The notes: generated from the letters alone by a model not told the origin. DNA of 62,480 nt, filler included, from Candidatus Coatesbacteria bacterium (GCA_016927185.1; 4 parts of 4 records of this genome joined end to end with filler, not necessarily neighbours in it), one strand, 5' to 3'; shown: positions 40,926 to 50,424, counted from the first letter of the whole stretch. Numbers and translations: made by a program.

Positions 40926-41813
40926 CTATTTTCTCCTTGCCTGTCCACTCAGGAAATATGCCAGATTACCTATGATTATAAACACCAGTATTACAAGATG
41001 TGAAATATTTTGTGCATCCATGCCAATTTGCGCTGTGGGCTTGAAGTCAACAAGTTTAGGATTAGCCATTGCATTCTTGCTTTCAAGGAGAAGTTTCTCA
41101 TATTCAGCAGCTCCCTTTAATCCTCCCAGCATACCTATGAACTGACCAGTCTGAAGATATGGATAATAATCTGATGCCATGACTGCAGTTACACCTGTAG
41201 CTATATTGATATGATATCTTCCATGAGCATAAGTTATCCAGCTTACAACAGTCCCTGTTCCAGAGAAAGTCACTATCAGATCAACATCATTGTAATTCTT
41301 TATGTTCTTCATCATTGGGATTTCCCTGATCGGAGTATTGTTATAATCCTGCAGGAAAGTCTTTTCAATGCTTTCACCCATTGACATGATTACAGCAGAT
41401 ATTCCTGGTTTGTACCCCAGATTCACGAAGTCTATTCCTTCTCTCTTGTTGTATTCCCTCGAAAGAGAATCAAATGCCGCTTTTACCAATCCTGCTCCCT
41501 CAGGAAACAAGGTAAGTCCTACAACTTTTACATTCCTGCTGAAAGCATGCCTTATCATAGCCCAGGTCATAGGCTGAAGTTCAGGCAAGGTGCTTGGATC
41601 ATAGTCAAAACTGAGCATTAAAACACCTTTTCTCCCCTGTTCATGCAAAGCCATCTTTTCCACTTCATCATAAATTCTCTTTGTGGGAGGAGTTACATGC
41701 GATTTGGTGCCAAATGGAAAAAGCAATGGTATTATTACTGATAATGCAATAAGAATATATATAATTTTTCTGTCTATATGCATCATTTTTGTCCAGAATT
41801 CCTTGCTTCCCAT
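40926..41813 (-). CDS. Uncharacterised membrane-anchored protein with large soluble domain (second gene of module)
   Basis: N- and C-terminal TM; DYDP...EL.P, DFVNLGY.PG, PY...GQ, GGLKGAAEYE, MDAQ. Confidence 0.8.
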   Translation of the reverse strand: MGSKEFWTKMMHIDRKIIYILIALSVIIPLLFPFGTKSHVTPPTKRIYDEVEKMALHEQGRKGVLMLSFDYDPSTLPELQPMTWAMIRHAFSRNVKVVGLTLFPEGAGLVKAAFDSLSREYNKREGIDFVNLGYKPGISAVIMSMGESIEKTFLQDYNNTPIREIPMMKNIKNYNDVDLIVTFSGTGTVVSWITYAHGRYHINIATGVTAVMASDYYPYLQTGQFIGMLGGLKGAAEYEKLLLESKNAMANPKLVDFKPTAQIGMDAQNISHLVILVFIIIGNLAYFLSGQARRK

Positions 41814-42754
41814 TAGTCACCTCCTCCTAGATATGATCTGTCAATCCCGAACATTATTTTAATGGAAGTGGCAAGCATTCCCATTCCAACTCCCAGAGAA
41901 ATTCCTCTTTTCATGGCATTATTCGGTATCTCGAGGATATATTCAGTAAATGCAGGGAGTTTCCCGTAAATTGACTGTCCAAAAGGAATCCTCCCAAGCA
42001 TCATTATTACTGCAACCACAAGAAGAATTGCACTGTCAAAATTCCTTGCCCTGAAAGATCTGTAAGCAGCAGAAGCAATGAAAAATGCAAGCAAGCTGAA
42101 CATTGTTGCAGACATTGGAGAAATCATGAAATTGAAGAAGTCTTGAAACATCGGTGACTTGCTTATTGCAGCTGGATATGATTTCACTTCACCAACCTCT
42201 TCCTTGACACTCTCAGGATCTAATAATGCCTTTTTTACAAGCTCATTTGCTTTGGTCTTATCCTTGCTCCACAAGTCAATCATGAATCTTGCCAAATCAG
42301 GTCTCAAGTCAAGCACTTTTTCAGCAAACCTTACATCCTTGTCATATAAAGCAATAATATCTTTTGCCAATTCAGGATAGTATTTTCCTACCTCTATTAT
42401 TTCTCTTGCAGTATATGGATTTTTAACAGCGATTGATTTTACTTCTTCCTTCATCTCGTTAGGATCAGAAGTAATCCCTCCTGCCAGTCCAATTACTGAC
42501 ATTACAAGCAAGGCAAGTATTGTAACAATGCTGTATTGCCAGTTTTCCTGCTTGCCTCTTATCTTTCCATAATGATAAGTAATGAGTGACTCAATTCCAA
42601 TTATCAGAAAGAAAGTTCCGGTGACTATCTCCCAGTCGAGTACTGTTTCATATAGTTTGGTTGAACCTTCTGTTGGAACAAAATATTGTATGAACATTAC
42701 TAGTGAGCCAATAAAGGTAATAAAAAGTGGAATGGTTCTATGCATTGATAACAT
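41813..42754 (-). CDS. Uncharacterised multi-pass membrane protein (first gene of module)
   Basis: TMFSLLAFFIASAAYRSFR, MLGRIP.G, P.....RG; start may be ATG 42745. Confidence 0.8.
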   Translation of the reverse strand: MLSMHRTIPLFITFIGSLVMFIQYFVPTEGSTKLYETVLDWEIVTGTFFLIIGIESLITYHYGKIRGKQENWQYSIVTILALLVMSVIGLAGGITSDPNEMKEEVKSIAVKNPYTAREIIEVGKYYPELAKDIIALYDKDVRFAEKVLDLRPDLARFMIDLWSKDKTKANELVKKALLDPESVKEEVGEVKSYPAAISKSPMFQDFFNFMISPMSATMFSLLAFFIASAAYRSFRARNFDSAILLVVAVIMMLGRIPFGQSIYGKLPAFTEYILEIPNNAMKRGISLGVGMGMLATSIKIMFGIDRSYLGGGD

Positions 42755-42897
42755 CCATCCTTATATTGTAAAATACTACTTTGAAAATCAAAGCATAAAA
42801 GAGCCTTTTATAGTCAAGAGGAAATTTGAGTATAATTGCCTTGACTGATTTATCGTTTTTAAGGGTTAGGTTTTTCTTATCAAAAAATAAGGAGTTT

Positions 42898-44499
42898 ATG
42901 GGGAGATCCAATACTGTCAGGCTAGATGGTAATTCACTTACTATAAGCGATTTGTTTAAAATCAGCACAGGAAACTCCAGTGTTGAAATAGATGAATATT
43001 CAATCCAGAAGGCAGAGAAATCACACAATATTGTCAGGGATGCATTACAATCTTCTGAAACAATATATGGCATCACTACAGGATTTGGAAGCTTGGAAAA
43101 CAAGAGAATAAATATGAAAAGCATACTCAAGCTTCAAGAGAATATCTTAATGAGCCATGCAATGGGAACAGGTGAACCATATTCAAGGGAAATTGTAAAA
43201 GCCATAGTTGCTCTTCGACTGAACACTCTCTTGAAGGGATACTCAGGGGTTTCCGTTGAGCTTATCAGGAGCTTCTTGGATTTACTTAATAGCGAAGTAA
43301 TCCCGTTTGTTCCTTCAAAGGGCAGCGTTGGTGCAAGTGGTGATTTATGTCCGTTAGCTCATATCGGTCTTGTTCTTATTGGCAAGGGAAAAGCTTATTT
43401 GAAAGACAAATTAGTCAATGGAGCAACCGCACTTAGAAAAGCTAATCTGAAACCATACAGACTGAAAGCAAAAGAGGGTCTTGCAATAACTAATGGAACA
43501 ACAGTAATGAGTGCCCTGCTTGCTCTTGCATGCCATGAAAGTGAAAGGCTTCTCAAGTTGAGCTTGTGTATTTCAGCTCTTTCGCTAGAGGCATTCCTTT
43601 CCATTTCCTCCTCCTTCACAGATAAGATTTCAGAAGTAAGACCTCATAAAGGACAGAGAAAAATATCAAGAGCCTTGAAAAATATGCTGAAGAATTCTAG
43701 ATATATAGACTCAGCAGATTTATCAAAGATAGAATATGATAAAATTAACTCCATGGGGGATAAGCAGAAAGCTATTTACAGGGTACAGGATAGTTATTCA
43801 TTGAGATGCATACCGGTTGTTCTTGGTGCATCATATGATGCCATCGAATATGTGAAGAATGTTGTAAGGATTGAAATAAATTCAGCAACTGACAATCCAT
43901 TGATTTTTCCAGATTCAAGGGAGATAATATCAGCATGCAATTTTCATGGACAACCTCTTGCAATATCAGCGGACTTTCTTGCAATCGCCATCAGTGAGAT
44001 AGGTAATATATCTGAAAGAAGGCTTGCAAAATTGCTTGACTGCAAGAACAATTATGGATTACTTGCATATCTTATTAATAATGGCGGGTTGAATAGCGGA
44101 TACATGATTTCCCAATATACTGCAGCATCACTTGCAAGCGAGAACAAGGTTTTGTGTCATCCAGCAAGCTGCGACTCTATTCCGACATCAGCAAATCAGG
44201 AGGATCACGTAAGCATGGGAAATCACGCTGCCAGAAAGATTCATCAGGTCCTTGAAAATGTATGGGCAATAATAGCACTTGAATATCTTGCATCTGCTCA
44301 GGCAGTAGATCTTCGCGGAGGAGAGAAAAAACTATCCCCTTTCACAAGAAAAATATATAACGCATTAAGAGAAAATATAAATTTTCTGGAAAATGACAGG
44401 GAAATGCATAAGGATCTTGAGACATGCATCAGTATTCTGAAAGATACAAATGAGAACAGTTTATATGATAAAATAAAGGATATACTGGATGACAAATAA
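42898..44499 (+). CDS. hutH: Histidine ammonia-lyase
   Basis: YGITTGFG, SH at the specificity site, GASGDL (MIO), KEGLA..NGT, QDSYSLRC, TDNP, NFHG, QEDHVSMG. Start at ATG 42898 (SD AAGGAG). Confidence 0.92.
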   Translation: MGRSNTVRLDGNSLTISDLFKISTGNSSVEIDEYSIQKAEKSHNIVRDALQSSETIYGITTGFGSLENKRINMKSILKLQENILMSHAMGTGEPYSREIVKAIVALRLNTLLKGYSGVSVELIRSFLDLLNSEVIPFVPSKGSVGASGDLCPLAHIGLVLIGKGKAYLKDKLVNGATALRKANLKPYRLKAKEGLAITNGTTVMSALLALACHESERLLKLSLCISALSLEAFLSISSSFTDKISEVRPHKGQRKISRALKNMLKNSRYIDSADLSKIEYDKINSMGDKQKAIYRVQDSYSLRCIPVVLGASYDAIEYVKNVVRIEINSATDNPLIFPDSREIISACNFHGQPLAISADFLAIAISEIGNISERRLAKLLDCKNNYGLLAYLINNGGLNSGYMISQYTAASLASENKVLCHPASCDSIPTSANQEDHVSMGNHAARKIHQVLENVWAIIALEYLASAQAVDLRGGEKKLSPFTRKIYNALRENINFLENDREMHKDLETCISILKDTNENSLYDKIKDILDDK

Positions 44500-45991
44500 A
44501 CCGTCTAGTCAGATGGACAGGAATTTTGTATGTCCTCGATGCAGGGGAACAATATCCCTGAAGAATGATGGAAGCCTTCCATTATGCCCAAGCTGTGGTC
44601 AGACACTTAATCTTGAAGATATAGAGTCTGGCAAACTTGCTACCTTGCCTCATGTTGTAGAGGATTACAGGCTGCAAAAAATAGGTCCCTATATAATTGA
44701 GGAGCTACTTGGAAGTGGAGGAATGGGCTGCGTCTTCAAGGCGAGGCATCAGAAAAACGAGAATTGTGTTGCTATTAAATTTCTTTACAGGCAATTTGCC
44801 AGGCAAAAGGATTTCATTTTCCAGTTCCAGAAGGAAGCCAAAGCCCTTTCAAAACTTGATCATCCCAATATAGTACATATAGTGGCAGAGGGGCATTTCC
44901 AGGAAACCTATTATTACATAATGGAATATGTTGATGGAGTGTCTCTTGCAGATGAGCTTCTCAAGGGGGCAATGGATGAAGACCGGGTGAACGAGATAGC
45001 TCTCGAAATAGTCTCGGCACTTGATCATGCTCATTCTATCGGAATAACTCACCGGGATCTCAAGCCAGAGAATATTTTCATTACAGATTCAGGTGTGAAA
45101 ATTCTGGACTTCGGAATTGCCCATCTTGCATACGATATTCCCAATTTCCATACACTTACCATAAGTAATGACATGATAGGCACTTTTGTTTACATGTCAC
45201 CTGAACAGAAGCTTGGCAGGACTGTTGATGCAAGATCAGACCTCTATTCTTTAGGTATAGTCTTGTATCAGATGCTTACCGGGGAAGTACCACTTGGAGT
45301 ATTTGAGGTTCCAACATCTCTCAAGCAGGGATTGAACAAGAAATGGGATATCATTATCTCCAGGCTTCTTCAAAGGGATCCTGAAAAGAGATACAGATCA
45401 TCCGAAGAGCTCCTTCTTGCAATAAAAGGCGAAAAAAGGGAAATTCCCAGAATAAGAAAACCATTCAACTGGTACACATGGGCAATTCTTTTCCTGATAG
45501 TTATATTTACAGCAGCTTATCTGTACAGGAGCGAGATTAACAAACTATTTACAAGGAAACCGAAAACTCTTAATACTCATTTTTCCTCAAATATTCCTGC
45601 TCATCCACCATCACTGGAGCTGAAAAAGGAAGAAGAAAAACCAAAGGAATATCTTGTTCCAAAGGCAACTGTACTGAGATTCTGGACAGAACCGACAAAG
45701 AAAAGCAAGATGATAATGCAGCTTAAATCAAGAGATCTCATGCTTGTTATTGAAAAGGTTGAAGGTGAAAGTGATGGCAAGACGACACCATGGTTCAAGG
45801 TCAGTTTCAAGGACAAGGAAGGTTTTGTGGAAGCAGACTGGGTGAAATCTGTATCAGAAGAGGAAGTCAGGAAAATGGAGGAGGAATCTTTAAAGAAGAA
45901 TGAACCTTCTAAAAATCAGCCTGATGCAAAGAAACTCCCCAGGAAACCAGTTGAAAAAAGACAGAGAACTGATTTCGGCTTCATGCCATAA
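44489..45991 (+). CDS. Hanks-type Ser/Thr kinase with zinc ribbon, TM helix and SH3b-like C-terminal domain
   Basis: CPRC..CPSC; GSGGMG, VAIK, HRDLKPEN, DFG, YMSPE; LR...P...S...WFKV.....EGFV...WV. Confidence 0.92.
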   Translation: MTNKPSSQMDRNFVCPRCRGTISLKNDGSLPLCPSCGQTLNLEDIESGKLATLPHVVEDYRLQKIGPYIIEELLGSGGMGCVFKARHQKNENCVAIKFLYRQFARQKDFIFQFQKEAKALSKLDHPNIVHIVAEGHFQETYYYIMEYVDGVSLADELLKGAMDEDRVNEIALEIVSALDHAHSIGITHRDLKPENIFITDSGVKILDFGIAHLAYDIPNFHTLTISNDMIGTFVYMSPEQKLGRTVDARSDLYSLGIVLYQMLTGEVPLGVFEVPTSLKQGLNKKWDIIISRLLQRDPEKRYRSSEELLLAIKGEKREIPRIRKPFNWYTWAILFLIVIFTAAYLYRSEINKLFTRKPKTLNTHFSSNIPAHPPSLELKKEEEKPKEYLVPKATVLRFWTEPTKKSKMIMQLKSRDLMLVIEKVEGESDGKTTPWFKVSFKDKEGFVEADWVKSVSEEEVRKMEEESLKKNEPSKNQPDAKKLPRKPVEKRQRTDFGFMP

Positions 45992-46009
45992 TCACTCTCC
46001 CTGTTTTCT

Positions 46010-46963
46010 CTATTCCTTTGCTCCTGCTTTCTTTAGAAGCTCAACCATTTCTGCATTATTTGATTTTATTGCCATCTGCAATGCGGTTTTTCCGTTATTT
46101 GCCTTGGCATTCACATCAGCATGCTTTGATAAAAGGTACTTTACCACATTAAGTTTGCCTTTTTCTGCGGCAAACATCAATGTAGTATAATTCCCGTATC
46201 GTTTTGCATTAATATCTGCACCCTTAGAGACAAGCAGGTCAATAATCTCTACGAAATCCTTGCCAGCAGCAAACATCATTGCAGTGAAGCCTGTATTATC
46301 CTTTGCATTCACATCAGCACCCTTGGCAATAAGCAATGAAATTATTTCCTTGTATCCAGCATCTGAGGCTTCCATCAGGGCTGTTCTTCCATTATTGGCT
46401 TTTGCATTTACATTACATCCTTTTGAAAGAAGCAGGTTTACAATATCCTTATGCCCTTTTTCAGATGCAAACATCAGTGTTGTCTTGCCATTAGCTGTTA
46501 TTGCATTTGTATCAGCCTTTTTTGAAATAAGGAGATTTACTACTTCCCTGTGCCCTTTCTCTATTGCCCACATAAGTGGATTATCACCTGATTTCGATTT
46601 TGCATTCGCGTCAGCTCCCTTGTTAAGAAGCAACTCTACAAGCTCCTTTGAGCCTTCACTTGAAGCAAGCATCAATGCTGTTATATCATTGAAGTTCTTT
46701 GCGTTAACGTCAGCACCCTTGGAAATCAAATAATATGCAACTTCGTAGTTCTTGTTGTAAGCAGCCCACATCAATCCTGTCCAGCCTCTTTCACCATCCT
46801 TTGAATTGATGTCAACTCCTGATTCAACTACTGCCCTCAGGCTGTTAACCCTCCCTGAGTTCACTGCTTCAAATAATGCAACAGCAGCTTCATCTGTCTT
46901 TGAACCTCCTGATTTTCCCCCAAAAATATTTTTGAGAAATCCCAAGAATCCGCCTTCGCTCAT
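46010..46963 (-). CDS. Ankyrin repeat protein
   Basis: About eight G.TALM.A...G..EIV.LL..KGADVNA repeats. Confidence 0.95.
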   Translation of the reverse strand: MSEGGFLGFLKNIFGGKSGGSKTDEAAVALFEAVNSGRVNSLRAVVESGVDINSKDGERGWTGLMWAAYNKNYEVAYYLISKGADVNAKNFNDITALMLASSEGSKELVELLLNKGADANAKSKSGDNPLMWAIEKGHREVVNLLISKKADTNAITANGKTTLMFASEKGHKDIVNLLLSKGCNVNAKANNGRTALMEASDAGYKEIISLLIAKGADVNAKDNTGFTAMMFAAGKDFVEIIDLLVSKGADINAKRYGNYTTLMFAAEKGKLNVVKYLLSKHADVNAKANNGKTALQMAIKSNNAEMVELLKKAGAKE

Positions 46964-47216
46964 TATTCTACCTCGCTTTCGAATATATACTTAAGTGTTT
47001 CTTGTATTTGATTGCCTGCATTTCTTGCATAAGACTTGAATCATAGTAAGTATAAGAATGTCAAGGGGAAACTTAATTTTTTCGTTCCTGCAATCAAGAT
47101 TAAACCATACTGACTCCTTCAACTGGAAGAAAACAATTGACAAATATTACTTTTTTTCTAGAAACATTTTTAGTAGTTTAATGTAAGTGTAAACTTTGTT
47201 GGAAAGGGGCTTCAGC

Positions 47217-48515
47217 ATGAAAAAATGGATTCTTCTCTTCATCATCTTTTGCAATCTGGGAATTTTATTTTCAGCACCGGGAGAGCTTGTATGGAGATAC
47301 AGAACAAATGGTGATATAGAATCATCTCCTGTTGTTTCAAATAATATAGTTTACTTTGGGAGCAATGACAGGAATTTTTATGCTCTCAATGCACAAAACG
47401 GAAACCGGATCTGGAGTATACAGATAGGAACAGCAATCTTGAGCAGACCCTTTGTCAAAGATGGTATTGTTTATTATGCTGGAAGCGGACCTTTGTTCAT
47501 TGTAAGGGCACACAATGCAAATTCTGGAACAATGATATGGGAATATGAGACAACAGGTAATAATTATTCAAGTCCGGTAGTATCTAATGGAATACTGTAT
47601 GTTGGATCTAATGACAAGTATCTCTATGCTCTTAATGCTTCCAATGGCTCCCTGAAATGGAAGTATCTCTCAGAAGCTGAGGTCGGTTCTCCATGCATCT
47701 GGGAAACACAAGGGTTAGTATTTTTCGGAATAAGAAAGCATACTGAAGAAATGAAAAGCCTTTATGCTCTTGATGCATTGACAGGCCGTTTTAGCTGGTC
47801 ATATGACACAAGAAGCTATGTATATGACCCTTTCTTTTCAAATGGAAATATCTTTTCGGCAAGTACCAGTTATGGGGTTTTCGCTAATAATGCCACAAAT
47901 GGATCATTGATCTGGTCATCGTATTTCGGATATCCCAAATATATATTCTCTAATCCTGTAGTATCTGATGGTCTGGTAATATTTGGTTGTGACGATAATA
48001 TTGTTCATGCTCTTGATGAAAAGACAGGAGTCCAGAAGTGGTTCTATAATACAGGAAGTGATATCCATTCTGATCCGTTTGTTAAAGATAAGGTTGTTTA
48101 CATAAACAGTTTAAATCAATATCTTTATGCACTTGATATAAAGGACGGTTCTTTGAAATGGCAATACCGAGTAGGAATAATTAATGAATCCTCACCTTAT
48201 GTATCTAACTCAATTGTATATATAGGCTGTTCTGATGATTATCTCTATGCAATTGAAACCTATGGCTATACAGGATTTACGGATTACAAATCAGCTACCA
48301 AATTGCCTGAGAAAGATTTTTCTGCTTCTCCCAACCCCTTCTCCTCCCGCTTGTCCCTCTCCCTTCCTTCCTCTGCTTCAATCTATTCCCTTACCGGACA
48401 GTTGATTATAAAACTTGATAAAGGCAAGCACTCTCTTGACACTAGTAAATGGAGAGAAGGAGTTTATATAGTGAAGAACGGAGATGAAACTAAGAGGATA
48501 GTGAAGGTCAATTAG
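47217..48515 (+). CDS. Secreted PQQ-like (BamB-type) beta-propeller protein with C-terminal sorting-like domain
   Basis: Signal peptide MKKWILL; repeats SSP.V..G.VY.GS.D..LYAL.A..G...W; C-terminal SPNPF..IYSLTGQ..GVYIV..K. Confidence 0.85.
   Translation: MKKWILLFIIFCNLGILFSAPGELVWRYRTNGDIESSPVVSNNIVYFGSNDRNFYALNAQNGNRIWSIQIGTAILSRPFVKDGIVYYAGSGPLFIVRAHNANSGTMIWEYETTGNNYSSPVVSNGILYVGSNDKYLYALNASNGSLKWKYLSEAEVGSPCIWETQGLVFFGIRKHTEEMKSLYALDALTGRFSWSYDTRSYVYDPFFSNGNIFSASTSYGVFANNATNGSLIWSSYFGYPKYIFSNPVVSDGLVIFGCDDNIVHALDEKTGVQKWFYNTGSDIHSDPFVKDKVVYINSLNQYLYALDIKDGSLKWQYRVGIINESSPYVSNSIVYIGCSDDYLYAIETYGYTGFTDYKSATKLPEKDFSASPNPFSSRLSLSLPSSASIYSLTGQLIIKLDKGKHSLDTSKWREGVYIVKNGDETKRIVKVN
48241..48505 (+). 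repeat. Dispersed repeat, copy 1 (3' module of the beta-propeller gene)
   Basis: Colinear without indels with 57905-58169; shared runs include ATTGAAACCTATGGCTATACAGG, AACCCCTTCTC, AAATGGAGAGA and AAGAGGATAGTGAA. Confidence 0.85.
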
Positions 48516-48567
48516 TTTTAACTTCCAATAGAAAAGGCTTTTCTTTAGTAGAATTGTTCAATTTTTA

Positions 48568-48625
48568 ACCTCACCCCGTCATTCTGACTCCCCTCTCCTA
48601 CAAGGAGAGGGGGCGGGGGTGAGGT
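48568..48625. repeat. GC-rich nested palindrome (REP-like element)
   Basis: ACCTCACCCC (48568-77) pairs with GGGGTGAGGT (48616-25); CCCCTCTCCT (48590-99) pairs with AGGAGAGGGG (48603-12). Confidence 0.75.
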
Positions 48626-48787
48626 GTTAACAAAGAGAAATGCAGGGGTGAGCTTTCCAACTCAGTCCATCATGTCTAGGGGCTAGATTAAAAAAGAGAA
48701 TAAAAAATCCTTGACAATCTATTTTTTTTTTTTTTTTTGACCATATGGAAATTTACAAAGAAAGATAATATAAAATCTACCAGAATG

Positions 48788-48887
48788 NNNNNNNNNNNNN
48801 NNNNNNNNNNNNNNNNNNNNNNNNNNNNNNNTTAATTAATTAANNNNNNNNNNNNNNNNNNNNNNNNNNNNNNNNNNNNNNNNNNNN
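48788..48887. other. Artificial contig-joining spacer
   Basis: N44-TTAATTAATTAA-N44. Confidence 0.97.
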
Positions 48888-48893
48888 GAAAAC

Positions 48894-48918
48894 GCAGGGA
48901 TAGAAATGATATCCCTGC
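48894..48918. terminator. Hairpin, possible terminator of a gene beyond the contig edge
   Basis: GCAGGGATA-gaaatga-TATCCCTGC. Confidence 0.45.
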
Positions 48919-48961
48919 ACAATTAAAAAAAGGTGAAAAAAATATAGACTGGAAAAAGAAC

Positions 48962-48989
48962 TTGACAAGTTTGTCATAAAGTGTATAAT
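48962..48989 (+). promoter_or_regulatory. Sigma70-type promoter with an overlapping inverted repeat
   Basis: TTGACA-16 nt-TATAAT; TGACAA-GT-TTGTCA palindrome at 48963-48976; SD AGGAGG before ATG 49016. Confidence 0.7.
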
Positions 48990-49015
48990 ACTATTAACAA
49001 AAATCAGGAGGTTCT

Positions 49016-50368
49016 ATGAGAGAAAAAAAATTATCTAGACGAGATTTCCTTCAAACATCAGCTATTGGATTTGCAGCAGCAATAGGTTCTCCTCTTATAT
49101 TTCCAAAACATGCTGAAGCATTCAGGAGATATCTTCTGAATTCAGATCAATTATCTGCAGGAAATTCAATGCCTGGCAAGATAAGGATTTGCACAGATCC
49201 CAGAATTGCAGCAAGTTATAATTCAACAATTAGCGTTGAATACGTCCAGAATGCATTTGATCAATGCCTGAGAGCATTAGTACCAGGAAGAACTCCAGAA
49301 GGTGTTCTGGAATATCTTATGCCAGGATTAACCGCAAGCACCAAAATTGCCATAAAGATAAATCTAATTGCACCTTGCGATACAAGATGGGAAGTTGTGA
49401 GAGCTATTGTTTACAGACTTTCATTATGCCTGAATGGAACTTACGATGTCAGTAACGTAGTGATTTTTGATAATCACAGTCCATCCGGTCATGGCTATAC
49501 TTCTGCCAATTTCACTTTCAATGGAAAATCAGCAGTATTGGCAGGTAATTCTGGAGGAAGTTCTAATGTATATCCACTTCCTGATTACAAGACTAGTTAT
49601 AGCATAGGAAGGCATATAATTGATTCAACATTTGTCTTTAATGTTCCCGTTATTAAGGATCATAGTCAGTTCCAGATTACAGGAAGCCTGAAGAATCATT
49701 TTGGTTCAAGCAATCCGGTCAATATTTGTAGTACAAACAGCCCTTATACCAATATATTATACTTCAATGCAAATGAGCATATCAAAAACAAGACAGTACT
49801 GATTGTTGGAGATATGGTTAGAGGTAAATGGGATGGAGGTCCCGGAGGTTCAGCTCAAAGCTGGCAAACCTTCACCAATAACACTCCTGATAGCATAATG
49901 GTTACAACCGATCCTGTCACGAATGATTACTGGTATAGGTATTATATTAACAGGGAAAGAACACATAGGGGATACAGTGAACGCAGAGATAGATATATTA
50001 ATGAAGCAAGTGGATCTCCATGGTATCTTGGTGTCAGCGATCCAGGTCAAATGGATATGCAATCTGTGGACCCTGTAGGATTTGATGAGGATAATAAAAC
50101 ATCCTTGCCTGTATCAATGCAAATGCTTCCAGCTAGACCAAATCCATTTACATCAAAAACTGAATTTCCTTTCATTCTGAAAGAAGACGCTAATATTGAA
50201 ATAAGCATTTATGATATTTCAGGGAAAAAGGTATTCAGGCAATCAAGAATGTTTGCGAAAGGTCAGGGAAGCTTTGTCTGGAAGCCTAATGGTATTCCTG
50301 CTGGTGTTTACCATGCACTAATTAAGCACAAATCTATAACTTACAACAGGATAATTACGAAACTATAA
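49016..50368 (+). CDS. DUF362-family protein with Tat signal and C-terminal sorting-like domain
   Basis: SRRDFL twin-arginine signal; IAIKIN, NVPVIKDH, ITGSLKNHFG; C-terminal PNPF..IYDISGK..W....PAGVY. Confidence 0.8.
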   Translation: MREKKLSRRDFLQTSAIGFAAAIGSPLIFPKHAEAFRRYLLNSDQLSAGNSMPGKIRICTDPRIAASYNSTISVEYVQNAFDQCLRALVPGRTPEGVLEYLMPGLTASTKIAIKINLIAPCDTRWEVVRAIVYRLSLCLNGTYDVSNVVIFDNHSPSGHGYTSANFTFNGKSAVLAGNSGGSSNVYPLPDYKTSYSIGRHIIDSTFVFNVPVIKDHSQFQITGSLKNHFGSSNPVNICSTNSPYTNILYFNANEHIKNKTVLIVGDMVRGKWDGGPGGSAQSWQTFTNNTPDSIMVTTDPVTNDYWYRYYINRERTHRGYSERRDRYINEASGSPWYLGVSDPGQMDMQSVDPVGFDEDNKTSLPVSMQMLPARPNPFTSKTEFPFILKEDANIEISIYDISGKKVFRQSRMFAKGQGSFVWKPNGIPAGVYHALIKHKSITYNRIITKL

Positions 50369-50373
50369 TTCAA

Positions 50374-50405
50374 TGAATCATAACGGATTATTCTGTTATG
50401 ATTCA
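50374..50405. terminator. Intergenic stem-loop
   Basis: TGAATCATAAC (50374-84) pairs with GTTATGATTCA (50395-405); only a short T tail follows. Confidence 0.5.
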
Positions 50406-50424
50406 CTTTAAAGGTTGGTGAATT

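Noticed and set aside
42738-43130. 130-aa minus-strand ORF, plus other short antisense or frame-shifted ORFs inside long genes
   Set aside because: Shadow ORFs overlapping well-supported genes, with no recognisable motifs.
46010-46963. Periodic repeats such as GCATTCACATCAGCA suggesting CRISPR
   Set aside because: They follow the 33-codon ankyrin period within a CDS; I saw no CRISPR array or cas gene in the window.
48722-48738. Long T homopolymer (and the A run near position 8)
   Set aside because: Close to sequence ends where homopolymer length is unreliable; no support for phase variation.
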